DNA of 64,000 nucleotides from Nemertoderma westbladi (lineage: Eukaryota; Animalia; Xenacoelomorpha): assembly GCA_032718475.1 (NCBI GenBank), contig JAUCBJ010001594.1, positions 1 through 64,000 of the forward strand, in the 5' to 3' direction. Positions 36,948-51,500 of the stretch are shown here, piece by piece. The notes below the pieces were generated by a model. The model made no database searches. It saw only the letters and a program-made list of their open reading frames with translations, and was not told where the DNA came from. Position 1 is the first letter of the stretch. Each line of letters opens with the position of its first letter. The position numbers and the translations under genes are program-made.

Positions 36948-37962
36948 CAGTCATTGGTCCATATAAGAGACAGGTTTTGAACTTCGTTGGGTTCTGTGAA
37001 AAAATGTAAACACTGGACTTCCTCAGAAATTATGTAATAAGGGGTTTCCCGGGGCGTAGAATCCATTTTTCCGGGTCTTGAAAGTTGATTTCGCCTAGCA
37101 GTTGCTGATTTTTGAAGAAATGTTGCATGTCTCAAATTTGGCAGCGATTCTCTAATGTGAGACAAGAAATTCAATTGTAATTTTTTTTAATAACTAACAT
37201 GAAATAACCTCATAAATATTACGGAGAATCTTGTTTGGTTCTTACAGCCTTTATTTGAGACAAAAGATCTGTAATTATTTGGCTATAGAAGCCCCTTGAT
37301 GTTGATATTGAATTTGTCTCACGTTTGGGTCCATGTCTCAAATTAGGCAGAACTACCGGTACTACTGTAAGCCTAACCTTACTGAAATCAACAATTTTGA
37401 AGCACTGAAGTAACAGTGTGACTTTTGGAAAGAAGTCAGATGCAATTATAATGTATGTGTATAGGGGGCCTATGGTTTCTATACTTCAGATACTTAGATA
37501 CAAAGGCCTAGCCTACATTTGTGTCTTGTTATGGTTATAATTTCCTTGTCTCAAATTAGGGGAAATTCATGGAAACCGATACCATATTAAAGACAGTAGT
37601 CAAATGTAAAACTATGAAATCTTTACCACATAAAAATAGTTTTATATAAAAATATAGCCTTTTTACTATAAAATGTCATAATTTCGAGAATCAGGTCAAA
37701 GTGGAATGCAAAAATCTCATATCGATTTTAAAACCTTAAAATTTATGAAAAAAAGCTTCGATTTTTGACGGGCCGCTAGAATATTATAAGTATATCCAAT
37801 CCGGTTGAATTATACCTAACGATGTACAGGAATGGTTACAGATCATTATTCAAATTAGTTTTAAGTAGGTTTCTGTAATTATTTGGCTATAGGAGCCCCT
37901 TGAAGTTGATATTGAATTTGTCTCACGTTTGGGTCCATGTCTCAAATTAGGCAGAATGACTG
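36948..37962. mobile_element. Tc1/mariner-superfamily MITE inserted in the leader of copy A
   Basis: CAGTCATT...AATGACTG termini and TA TSD; copy B shows the empty site (ctgtgTAgtgac). Confidence 0.88.
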
Positions 37963-38455
37963 TAGTGACTTCTTACTCAGAAATAATAACATTTATTTCA
38001 AATATTGACAAAACCCATTACGGGTATATATATATATTTATAAATCAACTCAATCAGATTTATAAATTAATAGGCCTGTTATGCATCAATTAGGTCTTTA
38101 TATCAGTTGAACTACTGGTTAATATTAGTAATAAAGTAAAAGGAAGTAATCCCTAAAATTTGGATAATCAGTTATTATTAAATAATTGACATTACCGGTG
38201 TTTACGGTAAGCTTATTATATTTATATAAAATAGGCTAAACTTATATACCGGTATTCTGTGACTAATCATAGTCTGTACTGTAATAATACTGATATATAT
38301 AATATAGGTGTATACCGGTATTTTAATATTAAATATATACCACGTTACATTGAGTAGCAATATCGGTAACTACTAGACTGACAGTTGATACTGATTTCCC
38401 CTAGACAAGCTTTAACTGTTATTATAGTAATAGGCATTCAACTATAAAATAAATT

Positions 38456-41400
38456 ATGTCTGACACAAAACAAGCACTGTCAGATAGTCTCTTGGAATCT
38501 ATTATCGGCACTAGGGCTCAAGTGTAACTCTATTTCCGACACCGAAGAGTTAATGCCCGAGATCGTAACAAGGATGGAAGAAGCGGTTTATCCAGATCCA
38601 CTTCTAATTCTTCCTGGAGCAGTGCTCACTAGATTACTTATAGCTGTAGAAGAAAATCAAGCGGATTGGATGAGAAATAAGAGATCGACCAGGGACAGTT
38701 ACACGGGCTACCCGATGGAAGAACTAAGGTCTATTGTAGAGATTCAATGGAACTTCCACGGACCCGGACTCCCGTTTAACTTATTGGAAGCTGCCTGGGA
38801 AGACTTATACCAAATGGGAGTAGTGAGGGACACCCGAGATCCCACTGTATGAAAGAGGTCAGCAGCAGGATATGTCCAGGGATTCTTCAACTCCTCGGAA
38901 CGAACAGAAACGCGGTTATTTCCACAACCACAGGGACCTCAAGAGCAGGGAGCACTGCTTTACCAAGTAAGATAATGTATATTGAGGATCAGATTAATCC
39001 TTTCAGCCTTTGAAGAAGCCTCGAAGAGAAGTCAAGACACGTCGCTGCAGGTGGCTGTAAAGACTTGGTTCCAACGAGTCAATGTTGAAGTCCAGGGATC
39101 AACACAATGGAAGTGACTAATGGACTAACTGAACGCATAACCCACGGAGAATCAACCGATGCAACCTTTTCTCATGTGGAAGGCGAGGCGGTATCCGAAA
39201 AACCTCAGAATAAGGATGCTATTGACATCTATTTGTCGGATTATCAACAATTTATAGGTGACAAAGAGCTAAGGAGACGTCTAGCTGGACTTCACCCCAA
39301 TAGTGAAGGAGCCAAATTCATACTGGACTCTTTAGATGCGGATACATTAGCTGCGGAGCAGGCTAAATTTGATGAAAGCATTCTCATCGCAATGGACCAA
39401 GAAAAAAATAAAAGGAGGCAAATAGAAGACCAAAAAGCAGCAGCGGCAGCGGCAGCGGCAGCGTCAGCGGCAGAGGCTGAAAGAAAAGAGGCAGCGGCAG
39501 CAGCAGAGGCTGACAGAAAAGCGGCAGCGGCAGCGGCAGTGGCAGAAGCAGAACAGAGGGCATCTGAAGCGACAGTCCAACTAGAGTTGGAGAACCTTCA
39601 GGCGAAACAAGATTACTTAAATAAACAAAGGGCAGCTACTCAGATGCAACTACAGAGTCGATCTACTCCCAGAAGACAGGGATTTACCTCCTCGGATGAA
39701 GGTGATACAACTGATCCTGAAGGTAAAGGTAATAAATCTCGTCAAGCGGACATAGAAGAGCACCTCACAGGCATAAGTTGCCTAACTTACCCCCTGCGGT
39801 GAAAAGGGAGCTAGCTATTGTAGACTTAAGTAATAGATAACCAACAGCCCAAATTATAAGAGTAGAAAGACTCCCTACTATAGTAGATGAGCCAGAAATA
39901 ATTAGGCCTGTTAGCGAAGCCACTCCCTTAATAGAGACACCTTTGCTCCCAGAACCTAACTCTCAATTCCCTATACACAGTACCAAACTACCTGTGCCCA
40001 GTAGACAACTGACAGAATCTCAGACTGTTATCGACACCGAGCAAGAGATAATAAATCGATTGTCTCCTGTCATCCCGATGTGCCATCCACCTACGATGTT
40101 GGCGACTCCCGCCTCCGCGGTGGAGTGGATGGACGAGGGACGACGGGAGATGGAGGAATTGCTCGGGCAATTGGAAGAAAATATTGCGAGATCTTCCAAA
40201 CAAGTCCGAGAATTGGAAGGGACTGTTCAGCTGTTAAAGGTAACAGTAAGAGAGAGTAGGTTAGAGCTGCAAGAAGTACAACAAAATATCGCTCTCGAGC
40301 GCGATAAATTAGTAAATATAAAATGGGTATACCACCACCCTCGGTAACAATGTGTCAGCCAGTTAGGTCTGAAGTATTTCATGCGCAAGGTATGGAGCCT
40401 ACACGCATCTATACTGCTAGCGAAGTAGAAACTCCGATAGCAAACCATATTAAGGGTATTAATAAGCCTGTTGATAATGATATCCCATACCGATCTGATA
40501 ATAATCCGAGAAATTTATATACCGATAATTCGATATTAAATAATATGATGGCTCAAGAAAGTTTTACACGTCAGATGGCTAGAATGGAAGCCCATCAAGC
40601 GGTAAAGAATGAGATGAAATGGTTACCTTTTAATGAATATTACAAAGATAACATACAGAACTCCGTACTATCAAGCGGAGAGAAACTATGATTCCTCATC
40701 GAGTGCTTGGAAGGACCTCCCAAGTTAATGGCGTTAAAGTTTATTGGACATCCAGACGGATTGAGACAAGTTTGGCTATAATGACATAAGCTAACCGACT
40801 AACATAGCTAGATATCTGTATGTGAAATTAGTAGCGCGCCCGAAAGTTTCTTAGCAGCGGGATTATAGAGTTTCCCGATGAGATTCAGGAGATCTGTAGA
40901 CAGCAAGACTGGTTGGGTAAGTCTCAGGAATACCAGGGTTCTATGGTTGTAGGAGCCGTAGCATCAACTTTGCCAAAGGGTGCAAGAGGTACTCGCTGGG
41001 TCAAAAAGGTTCTCTATCTGATGGACCAACAACATAGAGACCCCACCATGGATGACCTCATGTCGTTCTTAAACGGAGAGGTAAGATTACAGCTCCTAAA
41101 ACAGTCTAGAGAGAAGACACCAGAAAGTAAAAATGAAAAAAAAGAAAAGAAAGTGAAAAACCCGTTACTAGGAGAAAGGTAACACCAGTGTGTTAAACAG
41201 ATGATTACGAAAGCCAAACGTCATATGACGAGAACAGTGGCAAGGACACCGAGAGATCTTACTACGTAAACAAAGTTAGGAAAGACGTAAGTAAATCTAA
41301 GGCTCGAACCAGTGGCAAGAGGGAACAGATGACAACTCCCCCTACGTCTCCTAAGAGAATTCATGGAAGGAAGCCCGAAGAAAGAGCTAGCTTACAAAAC
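38456..41400 (+). pseudogene. BEL/Pao gag of copy A (stops, frameshifts, deletions)
   Basis: Colinear with copy B gag: MSDTKQ start, poly-Ala coiled coil, KWLPFNEYY..LSSGEKL capsid-like region. Confidence 0.88.
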
Positions 41401-41404
41401 ACAA

Positions 41405-42213
41405 TATGATATATCATCGTTGTCTGTATGACTTGTAGAGCGATCCATCGAGATATGGTGAATGATCTATCTACCAACAGCTTCATACTGAGTTTACGCC
41501 GACAAATCGCTCATTTTGGGACTAGCAACACTATGAGATCTGTCAAAGGAACTAATTTCATTGGCGCCAATAACGAGATTAAAGCTTACGTAAAGGATTG
41601 GAACCAAAGACAGGTGGACGATCAGCTAAGAGTAACAGCATCTAGCTGGACCTTCAACGCCGCCGACGCCCCTTGGTGGGGAGGAAGTTGGGAGAGACTC
41701 ATACGTAGTGTAAAGACCGCATTTCACTTTATAGTGCCGTGCCGCGCGTATCTCACCGACGAACTTTTGCAGACGTTAATGGAAGAAATTGCCGCATATC
41801 TAAATGAGAGACCGCATATGCCAGTCTCATCTAGTCCCGACTCCCTAGAAGCGCTAACACCCGCGCATTTCCTACTAAAGAAACCTGTAGCCATGCTCCT
41901 GCAATCGGAAATAACAGACGGAGACGAATACTGCCGACAAACTTGGCAATTTATGCAGTTAATATCCCGTCGTTTCGCTGACCATTTCAAAAAACATTAT
42001 CCTACGCTACAACTTCGAACAAAGTGGTTTGCGCAGCAACAAAACGTCAGCGCAGGAGACATGGTCCTTATCGTGGAATCAGATATTCCCCGTAAGAGGT
42101 GGCAGACAGGTCGTATCATCGAGACTCATATATCCGATGATGGTTTAGTGCGATCGGTAGAACTCATCGTCATGCGACGTAACTTTAAGAAACCTGGAAT
42201 TGTGTTCGAAACG
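41405..42213 (+). pseudogene. BEL/Pao integrase core/C-terminus of copy A (continues at 59656-59798)
   Basis: CRAIH, GTNF, APWWGGSWERLIRSVK, LTPAHFL and GDMVLI..WQTGRI motifs. Confidence 0.9.
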
Positions 42214-43293
42214 TTTTCGCGCTTTTAGACCTTTAGCAATTTAACCTGCCAATTTTAGTTGTCCTCTTGTTTATATATCGACTTTAGCCTTTTACCAATT
42301 ACCTAGTGTACTGAAGTTACATCAGCCGAAGCCAGTCCGTGCGCGGCGTATGACCCACGGTGTGGGAGACTGGATTCGGATTCCTTGAGAGTTATTGCAG
42401 TGTAGACCTACTGTATTATTCGATTGATCGCTACTATATAATCTCTGACAACTATATTTACTTTCGGGGAAATATTAACAGTTCCTTTAGGACGTGGCGC
42501 TTTAAGTATAAAAACAGAGTTTTGACTTACTAATCACAACTAGATGGCCACAGAGTTTCGTAAATAGCGCATTCTTTAGGAGATGCTTTATTAACCTTTA
42601 CACTACTTCACACTAGTTCGCACTAATCTGCCGACCATCACTGAATTTGATCATATATAAGGAGGATCGCAACTGACTCATGTAGGGATTATGAAATAGC
42701 ATTTAATTCACACAAAACCACTATAATTTAAGTCGCAGTTGCTACCGGTAAACTCTATTCCGCTTACCTCAGTAATCAAGAAGATGGAGGGGTTTATGAT
42801 TATTTATTGGTATTCTCCAAATATAACATGAATATCCATTAATATAACAACAATTAATAGGTACTATAAATAGAAGTAAAATAATGTGGTGAAATGTTAT
42901 GTGACCAGTATGAAATAAGATAGGTAGGTCAGGATAATAGATTTACATTCTTATAATCAAGGCCATCTGATGTTCCTAGACCAAAGTCTGGAACTTCCAC
43001 ACAGAAGCACAGAAAATTCTGAGTTTGTTCTGATGCTCAGAAAATAGTAAACAAAGACCGTAATGCATTGCGCGAGTTTCCATAGGTTTCTGTTAGACAT
43101 AAAGTGAAAATTGCTCTGATTGGCTGAATAAGACAGAACAAAGAACCTCCACGTCCACAAAGAATCAGCTGACAGATTTCGTCATCTTGGTTCTAATTCC
43201 TTCCCGTCGCGTAGTTGGATAAATTTAGGGCTATTTTAGAGTATTCTGCGCATTGCGTAAAAATGACTTGTTATGTCCACAAAAGCTTTTACA
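42214..43293 (-). repeat. 3' LTR of copy B (1080 bp; terminal CA mutated to AA)
   Basis: Direct repeat of 58531-59655; abuts the TSD. Confidence 0.93.
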
Positions 43294-43371
43294 CCACTCC
43301 CAGAAAATGGGATTTAAGTCTATAAAATATAAAAAATCACAGTTTCTAAAATACAAAAATACTCTAAACTA

Positions 43372-46300
43372 TTAGTCCTTCTTTCGTGAACGGCATTTAC
43401 GAAGTTTTTTGAGGCTAGTAAGAGTCCTTTTCTCTTTGTGGCGAGCCACTTTACTAGGAGGGCTATAACTCCTGGGTGAGGGGTGCAATACAATTGCATT
43501 GGAAGGTTTCGGATTATGGTCGGTGTATCTGCCGGTCGAGGTACCCAGTTGATCGATATCAACCTCAGAGGAATGAGGTCGAACAACCTTTAGAGCGCGT
43601 TTCAGGACAGCAGCTCTTACTGGTCCCTGACGGGTCATTTGCACGAGAGCGGTAGGTTGACTGTGAGTAGTGAGAAATTTTCTCGGTTTGATGGTTCTTT
43701 CCAACTCGCGTTCTCGGGCTTTATATTCATAGGGTCGTCTATGAACTTCCTGTAGCTCTGGATGCGAGTTTATGAACAAGTCACCATATTCCGGCTCTTG
43801 ACGGATGAAGTTGATCAAGTTATAGGAATTAAGATTGTTAGGATTAATATTCCTAAGGTACTTGCGAACAAATTTAGTCGAAATATTCTCGCCAACACGT
43901 TTCATTAGCTCGTAGCTAGGGGTGCAAGATTTTTGCTCAACGGAAGCAAAGAGAAATGGGTGAAACGCATAGACTCCTTCATAGGCACGTCCAGGATAGT
44001 ATCGATGACGTGATTCGCAATGGAGATCCGCGTTAGCTTTCCAGGCTCTGATATAACGCAGGGCAACCATTTCGTCTACGCTTTCTAGATCTCGGTTGAA
44101 AGGGCAATCAAAGCTTGCGTGTCCTTTAAACTGGCAATGATGACATTGAGTCATAAATTGAGGACAGACTGCGAAGATGTGTAGATTATTAAGCCTACAA
44201 TATGCACAATAAATCTCCATATAAGGTTGATCTTTAAAGTAGGAGCAGGGTTCGCTGGAGTCCACCGGGGTAAAGTGATCTCGGGATGCGCATAGTCGGC
44301 AACGTTTCCTAGATACATAATTGGCATGTCGATATTCGTATGCTGTGAGACATTGTGGACCTTGATACCATTCCAGCACATAATCTCTGTCGCTGCTCCT
44401 GGGTGCTGTGGGTTGCATCTCCTCGGACTCCAAGCAAATTGGTTCGTCTTCCAATTGCATAGCTGAGGTAGGTGTAGCTGTCTCCTCAAGCGAACCCACT
44501 GTTTGAACTTCCACGATAGAATAACCTGTGGGGATTCAGGGTCTTTGTATGACAGATGAATGTAGGTTCTGTATACAAACGTCCTTAAAAATGGCGAATC
44601 CAGCGCTGTCTAACTTCTCGGCAGCTGAGTCTCTTAAGGTGAGCTTGGTCAGAGCGCGGTCCTTGAACTGACTATCAACGTTACGGAACGGAGTCAGAAA
44701 GCGCCTAAAGCATTAGAATCAGATGAATTTATTGTGTTCATCTAGCTTGGCGAGTTTGGTTCCAAGTAACAAGGGATGGGCGCGTATAGTGCGACTGCAC
44801 ACATCGGCTAGCCAACCGGCAAGTGTGGCGTTCTCGAAGATAGTGTATATAGCTAATGAGGGATGGAGTGGAACACTCATAAAGCTATACACGATGCCAG
44901 GTGCGGTTAATGGTCCGTCGAAGTATAATCGAGAATAATGATCTCCATATACTTGTTGGTAGCTGACAGGGTTTCTGACTTTGAAATTCCATCCGTATTC
45001 TTGGAAGGCAAGATGTCCGATAGAGGTTCATTGTACTTTATTGATGCCGCTGGATGTATTAGCATACATAGTTCGGAAGAAACCTCGGCCTTCTGCCCAG
45101 GGAGCAATCAGCTGGGTGTCTACGAAAGGATAGGGGATATTCTCCATGTTTCTGAAGTCATTTTGGAGATCTCCATAAACAGCTGAGCCGATTTTAAGGA
45201 TTCTCTCGTCAAACAGCATCTCGAGCACTGGCTGGGGTAGCATCGATCCATCTATACCCATGGCCGGTTTGCGCTCGGTAACGGTAACATAACGCTGCGC
45301 GAGTTCGAATTGTCCATGTCGGAGTTTCTTTTGTATCTCGGTGAGAGTCTCAAAAGAATAATCGACCAGATCGAAGAATAATTTCACCATATAATATTGA
45401 GTTAAATTGACATAATAGGGGTGATCTTTGATTCCATAAAATGAGTTCGGTAAAGGTCTAGCGCGTAGGTTGACCTCGTGTACCAGACGACGGACAAGAT
45501 CCGCTCGATTGTCCAGAGGTTCAACGAGTATACCTTCGACACGAGCGGCCTCGATTGGCGGACGTTGTAACATAGGAGCGTCAGCGATAAGATCTCTAGA
45601 TCTTAAGTTGATATCAACCAGCTGGGGTTGTACCGTGGCGAAGAGTTTGTCTCCAAAATGGGGAACCATCGAAGGATGAATGATGGTTTTGGAATAGAGA
45701 TCAGTCATAAGGATTTGAGATTCTGGTTGGGCTAAAGCTGCTTCTTCTCTCTCGTCCATTTTGATGTGCTTCTCCTCGAGCTGATTTTCCTCCGCTTGTC
45801 GTTGGATGCGTTCGTCCAAAAACTCTTGCAGAGAGTAGGTTCGTCCAAGTTCGATATCTTCTTCGAGATTATGGATTTCCCGATCGAACTGAGGTAAAGC
45901 TAATTCTTTTACTGCTTGGACTTGTTGTTGCAATTTACATTTGTCTAAACAATCGTAGGTTCCTTTTCCAATCTTTTGTCGAATAGCGTCTAATGTGTTT
46001 TGTACAATGCTCTCCTCTACCTTGGTGACGGGTTGTATCGGGGTTAAACTGGGACGATTATATGGGTTGAACGGCGATATTAGATGTCCGCGTCCCAATC
46101 CGGCTAGGTAGGATGGGCGAATATCTAGGGAGCCCACAACCGGAGTGCCACCGACTAATTGTTCGGGTAACACTAGATCTTTGAACAATGAATACAGTTC
46201 AGGAGGATCCGTCATACTACAAGGATCAAGAGTCTGAGGTCTCACCAGGGAATGAGGAGGTCTGACCGAGTATTCCGGAACTCTGATCATAGGTTTGTTT

Positions 46301-47122
46301 AAGGATCGTTTGAGTCGAGTGAGCGTGGGTGTTACGTCGAACAAGTTTCGCTCGAAACTCCTGTAAGTATAGCGAGTAAAACTGTGTTTAGCGCAACGTC
46401 TCCGCGGATGTTTATGTCTTTCCGTTTGTTGGTTGGTTCTAGGGCATTCATCGCAATAATACCAAAGACGCACGTCTTGTAGGGGAAACGCGGGTAATCT
46501 TTCTCCAGTTTTACAATATTCCTCCATCTGTTCGAAGCTATCCGGTACAACAGGTAGCGGTCGATCGGCGGTAAGATACATCATAGTGAAATAGAGTCGC
46601 TTGAGTTCTATCATAGGGTTATGATGTATACCTTGAGGATATCGAGTTTCTAGATTTTGTTGACTGGCTACATTGAAATATGTTTCTCTCAAGAATTCCA
46701 AATATTCGTTGAAGTCACTGCGTTTATCCGGCTCTTCAACGTCTTCTCTTTTGAGTTGGTTTTTGAATAGAATTTTAATGTTCGATTCTCAGTTTATCAT
46801 TCCGACTCCGCTGGGTATGATATTTAAATAGGATCATTTCCCTTTCGGTGTCTACATCGTCCGTGTCGTGTAAATCGATAGGATGACCAGTAGTTAAGAA
46901 GTCCATATACATACCATTACGATGCGTATAGCGAGCGGTGAATTTTCTATAGTCCAATTCACGCATGAGCTGTTCCTTTGACATGGGCGGTTCGATATAA
47001 CGGCCATCGTCCTCCGTAGTATGTTGACTAGCGTCGCCGCTTATTAAACTATCAAAAAACGCTTGCAATAGTAGGGTATATCGCTCCCTGATACCAAGAT
47101 CATCTTCTATCAACTCAGTCAT
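43372..47122 (-). pseudogene. Extra ORF of copy B (~1250 codons reconstructed): DEDDy 3'-5' exonuclease-like domain + three zinc knuckles
   Basis: ORFs 45028-46701 and 43372-44514 are in the same frame, separated by four stops (3 TGA, 1 TAA); 46775-47122 joins through a stop and a 1-nt insertion absent in copy A. Motifs LPQPVLEMLFDERILKIGSAVYGD, FVDTQ, SIGHLAFQEYGWNFK, PLHPSLAIYTIFE; CRLC..H..C, CAYC..H..C, CHHC..H..C. Confidence 0.75.
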
Positions 47123-48539
47123 GGTTGCTATATGAGTTTATCGATATTATAATTAATAATAAATAGGCTAGCGGTCGTCGCTGCCTCCCCTTCAGTACCC
47201 CCGGACAGCGCAAGATCCTCAGTGCTGATGTACTGTCGTCGCTGTGCCTCTCGCCAACGTAGTAGCTACACAACGACAACAATAACCAGCGCGAGTCACT
47301 CCACTGTCCGTCCCAAGGGCTTAGATTTACTGGAGGTTCTTGCTACAGAGGCAGGGTAACTTTCACAACTGCGACTCGCTACTATAAACACACTTTAGTA
47401 GTAATATTCACCTATAAATACATAAATTCCACACTCCTGTCACAATTTGTACATATTCGGGCCATTTGTCCGTTAGTCAAGTGCCTTCCAGAATGCCATG
47501 TTATTATTATGTATCCCTGGATTCTAGCAGGGTGCTATTTATTCCGCATGCTATTCAATGGGACAAGCTTTCTATTGTTCTTTTAACTCGCTTCTAATTC
47601 TAGCGTGGTTGTTGCTATGGTGACATTATGGAAAGCTAGCGGTAGAATGAGGGTAATTCTCATGCATACAGATCTGGGATGCTATTTAATAGTAATTCTT
47701 TAATTGTCAATATTCCCTTTATACATGATTTTATGAATTTTATCGGCTATTGACTGTACACTGGAGATTCTCGCACACTAATATACTTAATAGGGTGAAT
47801 CTCCGCTCCCATGATCTATTAATTAATGGAATTTTGGGAATGTTATAAATTGTATAAAATGACAATTTATCAAATTCATGAGAGGATATGAATTTAAAGT
47901 TTATTCCCGTAAATTTTATTATTTGATATTAAAATAGACACAATTTCATTCCATTCCAGGGTGCCGCGATATCTTAATCGACTAGAATTTCAGATGGTCA
48001 AAGGGTTTAACAGATTTATTTTGCGTTTCAACGCTACTGTTAAATGGACATCATTCTACTATATGTATTATTTAAGATACGGTATGAGAGCAATATTGCA
48101 AGAAGCAATGTCAGTGAGAAGAGGCAAGTCATCTCCAAGGTCTACCCAGAGCTTGGTTTAGCCGAGACACGAGGATCTGAACTTTGCATTCCTAATACTC
48201 TACTTACCAATAATACTTGAGTATAGTAGGGGCGGTATTGTACTTTTAATAAGTACGGACATTTCATCTTACTGTAGTCACGTATTTATAGTATGATACG
48301 GACAGTAAGGAAGGAGAAAATGAATTTTTTCTCGCCGTTAAACTAAGTATATTATGCTAAGTAATTAAGTAATAAACACGAATATATTGCACTAATCTAC
48401 TGAATAATCGTTAAAATATTATTCTACTAAATAAAATTAAAGATAATGATTATAATAAAATTACATAATAATACATACATAAATATAAAAATAATAAAAA
48501 AAATAAAATAATGTAGTCACACACCCACTCCAAATGCTG

Positions 48540-51500
48540 TTACGTTGGGGAGTCCCTAGATGTTTGTTGGATTAGGGAGGTGGTCGTGGGAAGAGTATCT
48601 TGCCTTCCATAGTTCCCGGACAACTCTCGGTCTCTTTCCAGTAAACATAAACGACCAACTGGGCGATTAAGTTGTTGTGTTTCGAATACAATTCCAGGTT
48701 TCTTAAAGTTACATCGCATGACGACGAGTTTTACCGATCGCACTAAACCATCATCGGATATATGAGTCTCGATGATACGACCTGTCTGCCACCGCTTACG
48801 TGGAAGATCTGATTCCATGATAAGGACCATGTCTCCGGCGCTGACGTTTTCTTGCTGCGCAAACCACTTTGTTCGAAGTTGTAGCGTAGGAAGATAATGT
48901 TTTTCGAAATGGTCAGCGAAATGACGGGATAATAACTGCATAATTTGCCAAGTTTGTCGGCAGTATTCGTCTCCGTCCGTGATTTCCGATTGCGGGAGCA
49001 TGGCTACAGGTTTCTTTAGTAGGAAATGCGCGGGTGTTAGCGCTTCTAGGGAGTCGGGACTCGATGAAACTGGCATAAGCGGTCTCTCGTTAAGATAGGC
49101 GGCGATTTCTTCCATTAATGTCCGCAAAAGTTCGTCGGTGAGATACGCGCGGCACGGCACTATAAAGTGAAATGTGGTCTTCACGCTCCATATTAGTCTC
49201 TCCCAACTTCCTCCCCACCAAGGGGCGTCGGCGGCGTTGAAGGTCCAGCTAGATGCTGATTTCTTCCATTAATGTCCGCAAAAGTTCGTCGGTGAGATAC
49301 GCGCGACACGGCACTATAAAGTGAAATGTGGTCTTCACGCTCCGTATTAGTCTCTCCCAACTTCCTCCCCACTAAGGGGCGTCGGCGGCGTTGAAGGTCC
49401 AGCTAGATGCTGTTACCCTTAGCTGATCGTCCACCTGTCTTTGGTTCGAATCTTTCACGTAAGCTTTGATCTCATTATTGGTGCTAATGAAGTTCGTTCC
49501 TTTGTCGGATCTCATAGTGTTGCTAGTCCCAAAACGAGCGATCTGTCGGCGTAAACTCAGTATGAAGCTGTTGGTAGATAGATCATTCACCATATCTAGA
49601 TGGATCGCTCTACAAGTCATACAGACAAAGATGATACACCATCGCTTGACTATAGTCCTAGCATGATATACTTCAATAGGGCCAAATAAATCCATACCAG
49701 TATTAGTAAAGGGTGGTTCATAGAAGCTTACTCGTTCCCTAGGTAATTCTGCCTCTCTCTGTGTTAAAGGCCTACTAAATGCTTTACTACAGGGTATACA
49801 GTTCCTAAGAACTTGGTTTAGAGCTCTACGGGGCTTATGGAAATAATAGCGAGTTCGAATTTCGCTAAGATCTCGTTCTCTACCAGCATGGTAAAGTCTA
49901 CTGTGAACATCTACAATCATCTTGATTTGTATTTCAAGATTTCTAATGAGTATGGGAAACTTAGTGTCAAAGGACAATGGATCATTAGTTAATCTCCCTC
50001 CGACACGTATTAACCCATCTATCATTGTGCTAGAGAAACGATCCCTTAAGCGCATCTGTGGATTTCTCAACAACAGGAAATACTTATCGGAATCTTCGTA
50101 GTATTGCAGGAGTCTCAGTATCTGCTTATTGGTATCCTCATGTTCTTGGTAACTGATCTTCTCAGTCAGGAACCTATCAGACACTTTATATGTGGGAAGG
50201 TCTTTAATAACATGGATCTTTTCGGATATTATTGGAGCGGCATCACTAGCGATCTTCGTCCTGGAATAGTGATGATGGAAACATCTTTTCAGATACACAA
50301 CAGCCTTGCAAAGCCGATTCCAGGAGCTATAATGATTTATTGCTCTCTGTTGGAGAGGGGAGAGTCCTTGCGAGACATCTGGTGTTCCAGATTTCCAGTC
50401 TCTTTCCCTGATGTCTATAACGGATTTAGTCGTGATGGGTGAGTTTAGATCCACAGCGTTGTCCCCGGAGGTGTGTAGTACAGACAGATCTATCATGGGT
50501 TTAAATAACTTTGATTTACTCGTCCAGGTTTTAGGTTTGACTTTCTCCACTCCCTTGGCTTGTCTAATCTCCGCCGTGGTGAGATGAGGGGCCATTCCTC
50601 CTCTTCTTTACTCAGGTCCCACCTAACCAGTCTGGAGTATCTATCAGTTCTTGAGGAGTTGCTCCTCTAGAGGCGATGTCAGCTGGATTAATCGTCCCAG
50701 GGCAATGTCTCCATTGATCTACATTAGAGCAACTGAGTATAATGGCTACTCTGTTGGTAACGAAGACGCTGAACTGACAGACTTCATTTGTTATATACTA
50801 CAGAACAAGTAAAGCATCAGTCCAATAGACAGTTCTCTCTAGTGGATAGTCGATCTGTTCTGTTACATTCTGGCTGATGGCTGTAGTGTATAGAGCCGCT
50901 TTTAACTCCGCTCTAGGAACTCGTAGTTTGTTGTTTATTAGGGCCTTAGAGGCGACCAAGGCAACTTTAATTCCATCCGGAGTTTCAACCCTCAGGTAGG
51001 CTACTATACCTATTCCCATATCGCTGGAGTCTCCAAACACATGGAGTTGATAGGAATACGAGGGTCGGACGTGACCAAAGTATGAACAGGAAATCTTAAA
51101 GTTCTCGATGAATGGTAGAGAATCTTCCCATTTCATCCACTTCTTTAGCAGTTCTCCCTTAAGTGGATCATCCCACGAGTGGTTTTCGAGCCACATTTGT
51201 TGCACTAAGCTCCGAGCAACTAATATAACTGGGCTAATAAATCCTAATGGATCGAAATAAGTGCTCAGGATACTTAGACAAATCCGTTTAGTTCTAACTG
51301 GATTATCTCGTTATTTTAACTGAAAAAACAAGATATCTCTCTCCGTGTCCCATTTTAATCCAAGTGTCTTGGTTTCCGGAAGATCGTCCTTGATGAGGTC
51401 CAGATCTTTAACACCTCGGTCTTCTACCAGAATCGATTCCAGAAACTCACGGGAGTTACTAGTGAATTTGGTTAGCCGAAATCCACCGCGTTGCAAGCAC

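Noticed and set aside
43372-47122. env gene interpretation of the extra ORF
   Set aside because: No signal peptide, fusion peptide or transmembrane anchor seen; the motifs indicate a nucleic-acid-binding protein
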